DNA of 52,541 bases, counting the filler, from Jimgerdemannia flammicorona (Eukaryota), in NCBI GenBank assembly GCA_003990765.1. It is 2 parts of 2 records of this genome, joined end to end, with 100 filler letters (N's around TTAATTAATTAA, not from the genome) between each part and the next. Parts side by side here need not be neighbours in the genome. Positions count along the whole stretch, not along the records: positions 1 to 26,221 come from RBNJ01000750.1; 1 more part is not named here. One strand, 5' to 3'. The first letter of the stretch is position 1; each line of letters starts with the position of its first letter. Made by a program: the position numbers and the translations under genes. Below the pieces are notes generated by a model. That model was not told the origin of the DNA and searched no databases. It saw only the letters and a list, made by a program, of their open reading frames with translations. This document shows positions 13,024 to 25,406 of the stretch, piece after piece.

Positions 13024-13752
13024 TGCTATAACTCTCACTTCTACCCCTCTCTTATCCTTTGGATAATTAGGGAAGTAAGACTATTACTTAGAGACTTAGT
13101 ATACAAGAAGCCTTCAGTTTGAGGAAGTACTCGCTTATAAGTAGTTGTAGTAGTAGTACCTTCTGTTTCAAAGGTCTTTCTCTGGTGTGCCCTATTTTCA
13201 AGGGTCTTATTATTTGCTGTGCACAGACTGAATTTGCCTTGGAATTCAGGTTCAATGGGTTTACTTAAGTCTTTAGGGATTTATATATCAGTCTCAGTTC
13301 TGGCAGAAGTTAGCTAGGCTTCTGGAGTTTAGTCAGAAACACTAGAGTCACTTAGGTATCATTACTAAGACTCAGGGGAATGTGTGTGTGTGGAAGGGAC
13401 TTGATTCTTGTATCAAGGACTGAACTAAAACTGCTTTATTTTGGATGGAAACTGGGGGGTATTTATACAAGTTGGTCCATGATTTCTGACTAAGTATGAG
13501 TGACTAATTTGGTAACTATAATGAGGTTTGTGATCACAACCTTTGTCAGGTGGTTTTTGGCAAAAACAACTTTGTGATCAGGACCTCAATTACTAGGCAA
13601 TGATCAGCTGCTGTGGCCACACTTGCTGCGGCGCCGATTGTTGGGGATAAGCTGGATATCGTTTTTCGCGTCATTCGTATGCCGCGCTCGATCGTATGAT
13701 GACGTCATCGCTCGCCGGGTCACGTGATCGCTCGTCGCGCCTCGTTCTAACA
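13024..13752 (-). repeat. 5' LTR of B1 (729 bp)
   Basis: Direct repeat of 4722-5478; TATAAATA at 13460-13467; followed by TSD GGCTC. Confidence 0.95.
13698..13727. promoter_or_regulatory. CRE-like palindrome GATGACGTCATC (13698-13709) and E-box TCACGTGA (13720-13727) in U3
   Basis: Exact palindromes within the only CpG-dense patch of the window; binding not demonstrated. Confidence 0.5.
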
Positions 13753-13889
13753 GGCTCGAATATCCTGAAGAAATACCACATTATACCTCCTAACCTTCAG
13801 CTAACGAAATAGATATCTTCACTTCTCTCCATTATATAGACCATTGATGTTTAGCAATAAGATATGTAGACTATTCATCATCATTAATA

Positions 13890-15600
13890 AAAACATTTAA
13901 AGCTTCACTGAAATTACCAATACCTTTTCTGCCTAACTGTGGATTATTTCCTTTCATTCCTTGCAGATGGCTCTCCAGATATAGGCACCATTCACCCTGC
14001 TGCAGAAGATATCTACTCTCTCAGAGGCTACTTTCCTGATATTAGCCATCCAGGTCTCATCTACCTCATACCCTTCATTATCTAGAAGTGCTGCCACTAT
14101 TACTATTAATAGCTTTGACCTCTATAATGCAATATTGAGGAATCCTTCCCAAGTCTCCTGAGATCTATTAAACACATCCACTTCCTTGATATCCTCCTCT
14201 ACAAGTTTCTCAAGTACTGCCTGATATCAGTCATCAGCAGTTATCACCAGAGGTCCAGGGGTAGCAGGCCTTAGGGTTCTATTCAGCTCCTATAGCATCT
14301 CCCTGTCTGCCAATATATCAGAGGCCACATCCACCAGATCATTCTCCTCAACATCATTCTCCAGCTGTACCACCTTACCTGTTTCTGGATATTTCCAATG
14401 AAAATTCACTACTCTCACCATATAAACATCCTCCAACTGGATCTCAGGTACTATCTCAGTGATATCCTCAAAGCTCTCTTCACCTACCCCTTCACCAGTG
14501 TATGAGCTGAGTTCTCCACACCCACCAGTTGTGAAAAGGACACCTCGGCCATCTCTACCTCCTCCATCTGACTCTTGGCCATCTCTGCCCTCACTTCTTC
14601 CTCCATTTTTGTATTCTGGAGGACCATCTGCAGATGCTTCTAGTTTGCTCTCTACCACCTCTTCCTCCTTCCATCTGTTAGAATCCAGATCTAGTTCTTG
14701 GCAAACTCCTCCCATCTCCTCTTTCACAGTTCCTTTGTAGCCTCTCTCTCCTTCAGGGTAAGTAGTAATTCCTCCTCCTCCTACTCAGATCCTTTCCTTC
14801 TCCACACCTTGCATTCCTGCCCTCTAACACAAATTACCTCTGGCCAGTCCCTCCCTAGCTCTATGGCCTCCTTGCCCTCCAGCCTCACCATAATCTCACA
14901 GTTACTATTCCTCAGCTTAGTCCCCTCCCAGAACATAAATCTGAAGTTGACTATCTCACCAAAGCCTGTCAGTACCTCTGCCACTATCCCCTAGTCTTCT
15001 ATCTCCTGAGAGTCAGCAATCCTTCTACCACCAGATATACAGCATGTGGATCTCACCTCAGATATCTCACCATTTCAACCTTGATGCTCTTGACCACCAA
15101 CCCTTTCTCCAAGGCCTTCATCATCTCCTCCTCCTCTACAAAACCAATCTCCACTATCTCTACCAACAGAATAAACTTCAGAGACTCTGTGCTGGCAATC
15201 TCCTCACCCATTAGCTACAAAACCTCTCTGGCTGACAAACCCAGTCCCAGAAAGTTTGTCAAGATCACCCACATCAATACCAATTTGTAGAAAAAAGAAT
15301 GCACCACTAGTTCTCTAGAGCCAGCTACCATCATCACCTTCCCCTTACCTCCTGAGATACTGGTGATCACTCTACTAGCCCCAAGAAGCCCATCAGCAGT
15401 CCCTCTCCCAGCCACTGGCCCAGCCACTAGCCTAGTCTCAGAAATACCAGTTCTGGCTATCCCATCTCCAGACCCCTTCCCCTGGCAGTCACCTGACCTA
15501 TCATCTGACCAGTCACCTAACTCTCCCCACTGTCAACACTATGTCTCCCCTGCCCTACCCCCATGGGCCTAGCAGTAGTCCTCCTGCTCCCCATCATCAT
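13890..15600 (-). pseudogene. LINE b ORF1 (Tx1-like, RRM-like plus coiled-coil), decayed
   Basis: GFGEIVNFRFMFWEGTKLRNSNCEIMVRL, homologous to ORF1 of LINEs c and e; boundaries approximate. Confidence 0.7.
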
Positions 15601-15984
15601 ATATCAGTCTTCAATACCAGCAGACCTCCACTGATCACCTGTCCCTTCAGCAGCAGTACCAGCCCCTGCCACTGCTACAAAACTCTTGGGGAGGCCCAGA
15701 CCAGACCTCTTCCTCTCTAAGCACTCAGAGCTTGATGAACCTTGAGTTACCATTCAATGAAAACTCAATGGATTCAGATGAAACTTGTTGTAAATTATTG
15801 CCAGACTCCTGCCACACCTAGTACACCAGTGTAGACAAAGTGAAAACTTGAAAACATGTAAAAGATGTCTGTGTGGCTTAGCTTACTCTAAATAGTTTGA
15901 GCAAAAGAAGTCTCTCTCACTGGGCTCTTCTTCTTCACTGCTATACTGTCTGCTCTCAGAGCCTCCATCTCCATTAACAAGGTT

Positions 15985-17073
15985 ATGGACAAGGTTCTTC
16001 CTCCTCTCCCTCCTCCTGCTTTTATCCCTACTACTATCTCATTTGAGTCCTATGTCTTATCCACCATCCTTTCCCTCTCTCTAGACCTTTGTCTCTCTGG
16101 TCATCCACTCTTTTCTCAGTTCTAGTCAGTTCTTGCCCTCTCTGCCAAGAAGACTTATCTCTACCATGATATCAACATCATTGCTCTGCTTACTGTCTGC
16201 TACTCCATTCTCTCTGAGGCCCACTACCAAGCTCTCTCCAAAGAGGTTCACACTGCTACTACTGCCACCAAGCTTGCTACTACTAATGCTGCCACTGCTA
16301 CTGCTACCACTGCTTCTGCCTCCTTCTACTATGTCTGTACCTTTTTTGTGGCCCTCCCCTCCTCTTACTTCACAGATGTTGTCTCTTTTTATGGCTTTGC
16401 CATCTAAGACATTCTCTCTGCTGCTGCCAATATTGATGCTGTTCATCACTTTCTCCTCACCAGCACCTCTTTTATTGCTCATCTTCATAAGCAGGAAATG
16501 TCATATACTATCACCACTGCTTGTATCACTACCACTGCTCCCCTGTCCACCTCCTCTGAGGTTTCAGTCTTTGAGGCTATCTGTGCTGAGGCTCATGCTG
16601 CCACTCATGCCAAGGTTCATTCCTTTACCACTACTGCTGCCAAGGCCCCTGCCAAGACCCCCGCCAAGCCTAACAAGACTTCATCAGTCTCTTCTCAGTC
16701 TCCCTCCCCTGTTAAGGCCTTCTCCTCCATTTCCCCTATCCCCAAGTATGGCTGCCAACTTGGTTTTCACCCTGTTAGAGCCTGGCCTTGTGCTGTCTGC
16801 TCTGGTAACCTCCACTATACCTACTGGCACCTGGTCAAGTCCATCTGCCCCCATAGTGGTGTCTCTCATACTGCTGCCCCTTTGGCTGCTCACTCACCTT
16901 CTGCCTCCTCTGCCAGCTCCTCCTCCACCTCCTCTACCTGTACTCCTGAATGTAAGGGCTATACAAAAGCCTGTGGCCACAAGGTCTGGCACTCTGACAG
17001 AGTGTGCTCCAACTCATTGGGCTTGCTGCCTTCAAAAAAAGTCAGAGAGAAGGGGAAGGCCTCTCACTTTTAA
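15985..17073 (+). pseudogene. PLE ORF1 (Ala/Thr-rich, Cys/His clusters near the C-terminus)
   Basis: One frame from ATG 15985 through ORF 16498-17073 with two internal stops; CQLGFH..WPCAVC..H and CTPEC..CGH..WH..C. Confidence 0.55.
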
Positions 17074-17186
17074 ACGTCTTCCTGATGTAGTTCTCCCCTA
17101 GTGTCTCTATTTATTCTCAGATTCCATTGTTGCTTCTGGTGTGCTCTGAGTGATTCCTCATGCTGTCTCCTCTTCATCTTTCCTAA

Positions 17187-18800
17187 TTGCTTGTCTTAAA
17201 CTTTCAGATTTATTCTTCTTTTGGAACACTTTTGTCTCTTCCTTTTTCTTCAGCTGACTGCTCCCTTTCTTCTCTTCAAGTCTTTGTCTTATCCTTGAGT
17301 CCTCACTTCATTTTTCCTGCAACTCTCTCACAATTCTCCCTCACCAATCTGGCTTGTCTTACATGCTTTCATCATGCTCTTGACCTTGCCATCTTCTTTG
17401 AGGATTATGGTGAGATACTCTCTCACTATTATATTCCTAACAATTAGGTCCCCCCTCCCAATGTCTCTTCACACTGCATATTCCTTGACATGGCTTGCTC
17501 ACTGTCCATTCCTGGATGCACTCACTCTTGCTTAGTTTCAGACCATACCATACATATTGCACTTAAATCAGTCAAGCAATTGTCTTTGTATTTACTCATA
17601 GTTATTGATAAGAATTAGAGTTTTGTACTTATTTCTAAGTCACTCTATCTTGATGGCCTTTCTGCCCTCCTTTGAGCTATGGCTTACAAGCTAAGTGCTC
17701 TTGAATTGGATGAGATTCTCACTCTTCTTTGGGTTTCTCTGGCTCATGCCAGATTGCTTTTGGATTCTTCTTTTGTGAACCATATTTTTAACTTCTTCCA
17801 GAACTCTTTGTCCTTGCCAGACATTTGTCTTCTGGTTTTCTATACTCTTCCTAAAGTCCACAAGCCTACTTTGGCTTGGCATCCCATTATGGCTGCTTTT
17901 AGCTCATCCACCACTGAGATTTCAAAGTAGTTATTCTGCTTCTTCCTCTCTTAGATAGCTCTTCTTCAACACCATCTTAGGCCTGAGTATACAATTCTTC
18001 ATGATACTCAGGAGCTTGCCCTTCTCTGCTCTACTATTGTACCTATTTACCATTTTTCTCATTTGGTCTCTGGTGACTTCTCTTCTTTCTATACTACTAT
18101 TCATTTTGATAAGATCAATGATTGTCTTCATTTCTTGGGTTCTATTGTTTTTCCTTTAGATTCTCTAGTTTTGCTAGCTTCTATTGTTGAGCTTATACTC
18201 CTCATCTGCAGCTCTAACTATTTTGAGTCAACTCTTGGCTCTTTTTACCAGACTTCTGGTATTGCCATGAGAATGAATTATGCTCCCACTCTTATCAACC
18301 TTGTTGGCCTGGCTCATGAACTTCATGTGATACATAATCCTTCTTCACCTCTTTCTATTATGTTTCAGGCTGGAGATATCTTCTTTCACCAATATATTGA
18401 TGACTTTATTGTCCTCACTATTGCTGGCATTGATATCCCCAGTGTGTTCTGTGGTATCTACCCTCTCTATTATTCTATTACTTGGGTGTATAATATGATC
18501 AGTATTCTCTTTTTGGATCTTTCTATTTCTCTTTCTCCCTTCCAAACTATTGTTTATTCTTATTTCTCTCATTCTTAATAGTTCCCTGACTTCTGTTCCA
18601 ATTATCCTTATCACACTCTTTTTAAATATATTTATAGTAAGGTTTGTTGTCTTGTACTATACTGCTCTTATCATTCTAATTGAGTGTCTGCTGTTTGGGT
18701 CCTTGGCAACTTTATGGTCCATCATTATACCTACCTTATTTCTATCATTCATGAATTGATTCTGTTGAATGGTCTGTTGTCTGCTCTTTCCTTCTCTCTC
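17187..18800 (+). pseudogene. PLE reverse transcriptase
   Basis: VLSLSPHFIFP; YTLPKVHKP..WHPI; GDFSSFYTTI; NYFE..FYQTSGIAM..YAP; QYIDD; FLDL. Confidence 0.88.
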
Positions 18801-19149
18801 TCCATTATCTCTCTTTTCTTCCCTCTCTCTTCCCTTATCCTCTCTATACCCCCTCTTCATTCCCACCCCTGATTCTTATTATACTATTCAATCATACTCC
18901 CTGGGTTGCACAATGCCCTAATACTGTTCTATGCTCTTCTCTTTCTTACTATAGACTTTTGTCTCTTTCTTGATGCTCTCTGATTACTCATTCACATCTT
19001 CCTTCTATTTCTTCTTTAATCCATTACTCTCATTTTGCATTTTTGTCACCTTTGGGTATCTCTGGCTCTGCTGGAGAGGATTAAAAAACATCCTTGTCCC
19101 CTTTAGGGTCTCATGCTTACTCTGGGGTCTCAGCCTTACTCTGCTCTCC

Positions 19150-19476
19150 TTCACTGCTTTTGGCCCCTTACTTTACTTAGACTCACTGTGACTCACTCTA
19201 TTTCAGCCTCACCCCTTGCTTGCACTCACCTCTCTGAGGTCTGCAGATGTTTTTTAATCTTGATTTAGATTTGTTTTGTTTGTGTTTGTTTGTGATTTTT
19301 ATCCTACAACTGGGATTGACTTTCTCTTTATCTCTACTTATCTCTAGTAGTTATATAGTTCCTAATTTAGTTTGCCCTAAGTTGTGGCACATCTTCTCTT
19401 TTGAGATATCATATTTTGTATATAAGGATTGTATTTTTATGTGGCAATAAATAGCTGATGCATTTTCAGTTATGTT

Positions 19477-19477
<1 letters not shown>
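19150..19477 (+). repeat. PLE terminal direct repeat copy 2, left part
   Basis: Aligns with ~643-972. Confidence 0.8.
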
Positions 19478-19557
<80 letters not shown>

Positions 19558-19598
19558 TTTCTTGGACTCTGCCATTTATTACCAGTCTATTAATAAGT

Positions 19599-22500
19599 TT
19601 ACAGTATTTCCTCCCACTACCTGATCCCTGTAGGGGAGCCTCTCCTCACCCCCTCTCTGAACAAAGACCACCTTCTCACCCACTACACCAACTCTTTCCC
19701 CACTCTGTCTACAGATTTTCTCTACCAATCAATACCTCTGACCACTCTGCAACCCCCAACCAATCCACCAGCCTGTCAAGGTGTCTTCCATAAGGCTATG
19801 CCACCATAGCAGCTGGACCCCCAAGCCCAGTCTCCTCTCATCCTCAAAAACAAATAGCCAGTAGCTGGTCAACTCCACTCAAATGACCAGAGCTCAGCCT
19901 AATGTGAGCCATTCCTTTCCCACCCCCCCCCACCAGTCTATCCCTCAAATCCTCCCACCACCCCCACATGTCAACTCCCCTGCACCCTACCCCCAAATGA
20001 TCTCCAACAGTCTGCTAAAAGTCACTAAGTACCTCACACTCTCCTAGCCAATGTTCAGGCATCTACATATATCTCCCTTCCTGCCCTACATTATGGCACT
20101 CCTTACAGTCGAAGCAACCTCTCTCAATAAGGTGACCTAAGCAGTAGTTGAGCATTACATTCCTCCTCAGCATATGCCACCAAGTCACCCAGTACTTCAG
20201 CAGCATCTATCTCCTCACCTAAGCACTCCAGGCCCAAATGCCATACCAGTCTCACTCTTTGCTAATTCCTACTCCTTGCTAACCACTGGGCCACAGATCC
20301 TGGCCTGGTCCCCTTTGGCATTCTATCCCATTACTAATGTCAAACTCAAGTAAGGGAATGCCACCCAGCAATACCCAGTCCCATCTCCACATCACTAGGT
20401 TCCAAGCTACCTCCCCTTTATTTCCCTGCCAATGAATTCCAATGTAGTGCACCCCCTCTGCCACCCCCCATCAGAAGCCTTTGTATTACAATTGTTCAGT
20501 GTTCCAAAGGCTAACCAAAGATAGGAGATCTCTAGTTGAGCCTCTTGACAAGGACCTCATCTCCCAGACCTTCTGCAATAGGGGAATCCAATCTCCTCCT
20601 CTCAACTCTATGGCTCTCTTCAGCCACTATGCTCTCAAGCAGTATAGCCTCTTTGAAAAGTCAACCAGCCCAAGTCCACCACTTGCCACTGGTAAGGACA
20701 AGACCTCTCAGCTGATCTGACTCCTTCTTCCAGCCTAGATCTACCCCTTGGCCAGCTTCATCAATCTCTTCACCACCCAGGCTGGGAAGTCCAGATGATA
20801 AGCCAGATACCACAACTTCAGTAGCCAGTAAATGTTCAAAATTGAGACATGCCCTGCCAGAGACAATTGGCAACCCCCCTAACTCTGCAGGGCCTCCCCC
20901 CAGATTCCAACCTCCTGCTCCCACCAAAGCCTGGGTAGAACCAACCTATATACTGATAGATAGATACCCAAGTACTATACTGCCTCACCAGCAGGGATGA
21001 TTGTTCCAATAACCTCCCCTCCTACCAGACCAATACCTAACACCATTGTTTCACACTTATGCCAATTAAGTTTAGCCTCAGAGTTCTCCTCATATTACTC
21101 TACTGTCTCCTTAAGCTCCTCTACATCAGCAATAGATCTCAGTCTGACCACTATGTCATCTACAAAGACTCCTACTTTCCACCCAATGCCAAAGATGGAG
21201 AGCCCCACTATCTTCTGTCTGATTCTATCCATTAAGGATTCCAGGGAAAGGGCATACAGAATGGGGGATAGTGGGTCCCCCTGGGGTACCCCCCTACCCA
21301 GGAGAAATGCTATCCCTCTATGTCCATTATACATAAGCACAGCCCTACTCCCTTCTAGTAGACTGACCATTGCTGACCAGAACTAGCATGGAACCCCAGT
21401 CCTATCTAGTACTTTTGCCAGCCATACTTGCCTCACCTAGTCATAAGCCTTCTTCTGGTCCAAAAAGACTAGGTGTCCATCCAATCCACTAGCTCATACC
21501 CCTTCAATAACTCCATATACTCAGGCTGTACCATCCCTAATGAGCTGGCCTCCTACAAAGCTCCTCTGCTCAATATCCAAGACTTGCTGGGCCACCTTTT
21601 GTAGCCTTATAACCACTACCTTAGTAACCAGCTTTCTGTCTATATCCAGCAGCATAATTGGCCTCCAGTTCTTCCAGTTCTCTCATCTTCCTTTGTTCTT
21701 GTAAAGCAATGTCACCAACCCCAGATCCTGTTCCTCCACCCATCTCCCTGTCTATAGAATCAAATCACACAATGCTGTCATCTCACCCAATACTCCTGGG
21801 ATTCCCACCATCTTCTTCCAGAAGTCTCAGGGCAAACTGTCCTCCCCAGGACCCAGCATTGTTGCAGCAAGAACCTAGTAGATCTCCTCTTCTTGTACTG
21901 GCAACACCAAGTCTCCCAACCCATCTACTTGCAGGGGGTACCAATTCTCTAATGCTTGGTCAATGGCATCAGCATCTGCCCCACTCTCCTCCTCACTCCA
22001 CAATCCACTCCAATACTTCTTTAAAAATCTAAGAATATCTTGTATACTATACACCAGTATACCATCAGAGTCAAGTACCCCCTCCCACCTTTGCTGCACC
22101 TTTCTTGCCTAAAGGGCTCTTGTGAGATACTTTGAGGGTCTCTTCCCTTCTTCCAAACTCTGCTAATGGAGCTGCACTGCCAAGCTCTGCACCTTTGCCT
22201 CTTCCTCCTCCCACAATACCTGTTGTAGTTTGCCAACCTCCCTTTTTACCCTTATTGATCTCCAATTCTCCTCTCCCTCTAATGTCACCAGTCTCATCCA
22301 ATCCTCCAAGAGTCTAGACAGTCTACTAGAAGCCCATCTCACCTGTCACCTTCTCTGTTTCCCAGCCTCCTTGTCAGCCTCACTCCAGTAGGTCCTGGCC
22401 ATCTCTTTCATCTGCATCCACCAAACACCAACTGGGGCACCTTTCTATCTCTAATACTCTACTCTCAGTTGAATGTCCGCAGCCCACTCATTCTATCAGA

Positions 22501-23269
22501 TCTTATCATCTAATAAGGAGGAATTGAGGTGCCAATGTCCAGACCCATCCCCACTCCCCCCAAAATACCCCTGTTCTAAAAACCCCCAATGATCCGACCA
22601 AGGATACCATTCCACCTCCAGTAACTTCCAAACATCCAAGCCCCAGCAGCTGGCTATCAGAATCTAATCAATTCTCATCTCCAAGCCCCCTGCCTAATGT
22701 GTGTATACTCTTCTATCCCCCCAGCACTCCCTACTCCCATCCACCAGAGCACTCAGCCTTTCCACTTCCTCTCATGCTGCCAGTCCTCCACTCTGACCCT
22801 CAGCTCTCCATCCTCCATCTGTTCTATTCAACAGTACATCTCAGACCATATTGTAGTCTCCACCAAGCATATCCACCCCAGCCTCTGTGAGGATCCCACT
22901 CTCCTGAAGGCCCTTCACCCAATTTACATGTTCACCCTGTACAGCAGGGCAGTAATAGGAGTCCACTGTGACCAGCTCCCATCCTGTACATATCCACTCA
23001 CTCCAGACCAATCTATCTCCCCAGCTCTGCATATCTCTTATCTCCCCTCTGCCTTTCCATACCAGAATCCCAACCTTTCCCTTCCAAACTGCCTCACCTC
23101 CCCATTCCTTTGTCCATTCCAGTCTATCCAAATCATCTTCACACCTGACATCCTACAAGAGGAAGAGATTGGCCTCCAATCTCTTTAGCCAAGTAAAAAT
23201 GTTCCTATATCGATAAGCACCCCATAACCCATTCACATTCAAAGAAAAAATGTTGATTGTACTATTCAT
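19599..23269 (-). pseudogene. LINE c ORF2 (APE-RT-Cys-rich C-terminus)
   Basis: MNSTINIFSLNVNGL; GGDYNMV; GVPQGDPLSPILY; FVDD. Confidence 0.9.
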
Positions 23270-23279
23270 AATGAAGTAT

Positions 23280-25314
23280 GGTGTGTTTATCCAGTCCATC
23301 CCTACTATCTCTTCCTGCACCATGTCCAGATTATGTTCTACAGTCACTGCCTCCTCTTCAGCCCTCTGAGCCTCCAATCCAGCCAACAGCTCATTTATCT
23401 CCCCATCTACCTTCTCCTCAAACTCCTCTCAGTACTCCTGGCAGGCCTCCTGCCAGAGCTGCAATCTATGTCATTTGGCCCAATAGTATTTAGCCCTCTC
23501 ACCAGCAACCCCTGCTAGCTCTGCCTCCCACTCCTTATCTATCTCATACCCTTCCTTCTCCAGATACACCACAAGGATCTCTGCCTTTAATGTCAACTCC
23601 ACACTATCCCCCTGCAGGATCCATGCCTAATGCTCATTACTCATTACTCTCAAGTCCACCTCTCCCAACTCTTCAGCTGCTAGGTTATTCATCATCCTGC
23701 ACATCCAAAGTAGGTTTCCTATCTCCTTCCCCCCAGAAGTCACTGGTCTCTCACCATCCAACATCATGGTGTCAGCTCTGACACTCACAGCCTCATCCCA
23801 TACCTCCAGGACATCCACCAGTTCCTCCTCTCCAACTGCCACTATCTGTCTCCCATTCACCACCTCAGGAACTCCAAATTGCACTTGCTGGACTCCCTTT
23901 ATTAGCACATCCTCTCCCACCCTACTCTGGGAAGCCAGACCTCACCTGATAAGAGGAGTAGGGGTAGGTGATCCCTCCCAGTCCTCTTCCCAGACCTCCA
24001 ACATACTATTAGTATATGGGTCATTGCCAGCTGCTTTCCTGTTCTCTCCTGTTCCCTTCTCTGCACTCCCATCATTCTTGTCAGCCCAGACACTCGCCTT
24101 GGTACTCCCCATTTCCGCCATTCCACCTGTCTTCTTCTGTGGTCGACTTTCCATCTTAGCCAGTAGCTCTTTCTGATGCTTACATCCCTGAGCTTTTTCC
24201 CATTGCCCCTTGTCCACTCGAATCTGCTTCCCATCCACTACCTCCAAGTATATTGACTCTACAAAAGCCTTCCAAGTCTTTGCCCACTGCTCCACTGCTC
24301 CACTCAGCTCTTCCAGTACCTCCAGCAAGTCCTCTTCCTCCTCCTCACTCCCCTTCACCCTTGTCACCTTGCACAAGATTGCCCCTCAGACTATCCCCAA
24401 AGGCCAGTCCCTTGCCTTCCCAGTAGCTTCTTTCTCTGCTAGCTGAATTCTCACATCCACATCTCCAGTCCTGAGTAGGGTCCCTTCCCAGACTCTGAAT
24501 CTGATATCTACTACTTCTCCATACTCTGCCATGACCTCCTTGACTCTCCTTCTCATCTCCACTACCATCACTATGGGCACTCCTTTCACCAGCAGTTGGA
24601 CCACTCTGAGGTCTCATTTCAGACAGTATGTCATCAGAACACACACCTCCCCAACTATCAGTCCAACCTTCAGCACTTCCTCCAGAAGCTCAGCCTTCTC
24701 AAAGCCCACCTCCACTCCCTCCAATCCCTTCAGGAACCTTATAGATGCTGCTCCAGCCACCTACTTAGCGATAAGCCCCAGCACTATTTTCACCATCACT
24801 GCCAGACCCTGGAAGCACAATGTCACCATGAATACTGAGATCAATTTCTGGAGTAACAGAGCTATCACCAGGCTCATCACACTATCTGCCAAATCTCCTT
24901 GCCTTCTAAGCCTCAGTCACTCAGCCATACCATCAGCAGTCACATATGGATTTTTTTCCAAATTGGCAGTCCCGTCACTATCAGCCATCATGCTCTCTCC
25001 AGCCATCACTTCCCCAGCTCCACCACCCTCACCACCAAGGACTACTCCTCTGCAAACTACTGTCTTCTCCATCTTCTTGCCTTTTTGCAGCCAACCCTCC
25101 AACCCAAATGTCTGCTGCCTCCTCTTCACCATCTCTGCAAAGCTTGCCCTCTCAGATCTCTATCCTCTACTGCTGTCTCCTCCCCTTCCTTGTCCTCCTG
25201 CCAACAGCCCCCTCATGCCTCCCCCCAGGCCAGGACCTCTCCCCCCTACTGCCAGTTGAACACACTAGGGCTGCCCTGCCCAGTACACACCCTAGATTGC
25301 TTGCTATTTGCCAT
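23280..25314 (-). pseudogene. LINE c ORF1
   Basis: EYGEVVDIRFRVWEGTLLRTGDVDVRIQL followed by acidic coiled-coil-like segments. Confidence 0.75.
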
Positions 25315-25406
25315 TGCCTTAGTACCTTTCTCCAATAAATGACTTAAAAGTATGTTGTAAAAGTGTGTGTAACGTGAATAGTAGCTGAGAAAGGTGGATG
25401 CAGCTA

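Larger units (their letters stand above)
4722..13752 (-). mobile_element. Ty3/Gypsy chromovirus-like LTR retrotransposon, family B copy B1 (complete, decayed)
   Basis: LTRs 4722-5478 and 13024-13752; 5-bp TSD GGCTC (4717-4721, 13753-13757); order gag-dUTPase-CPH module-PR-RT-RH-IN-chromodomain-accessory ORF. Confidence 0.95.
1065..15699 (-). mobile_element. L1/Tx1-like LINE copy b, near full length, interrupted by Gypsy B1 (LINE parts 1065-4721 and 13753-15699)
   Basis: RT motifs GVPQGDSLSPLLY and AFTDD (2526-2897); APE motif GRDFNMV (4269-4457); the endonuclease N-terminus resumes after the TSD at 13753-13878; ORF1 lies upstream. Confidence 0.9.
15700..19477 (+). mobile_element. Penelope-like element, endonuclease-deficient (Coprina/Athena-like); continues at 25407-25520
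   Basis: PLE-type RT motifs; no GIY-YIG motif visible after the RT; upstream ORF1; direct terminal repeats. Confidence 0.8.
19478..25406 (-). mobile_element. Full-length L1/Tx1-like LINE copy c (~5.9 kb)
   Basis: Poly(A) as T77 at 19479-19555; AATAAA at 19575-19580; perfect 13-bp TSD TTCAGTTATGTTC (19465-19477, 25407-25419); ORF1 and ORF2. Confidence 0.95.

Noticed and set aside
17066..17075. TTTAAAC slippery site at the PLE ORF1 end
   Set aside because: The heptamer is not in the ORF1 frame, and frames here are unreliable after decay
16133..17101. 322-aa Leu/Pro-rich ORF, and many plus-strand Pro/Ser-rich ORFs over the LINEs
   Set aside because: Shadow frames caused by strong C/T strand bias; no recognisable motifs
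23153..23386. Apparent ORF1-ORF2 in-frame fusion in LINE c
   Set aside because: LINE e has stops at the ORF1 end and ORF2 in another frame, so this is probably a copy-specific indel
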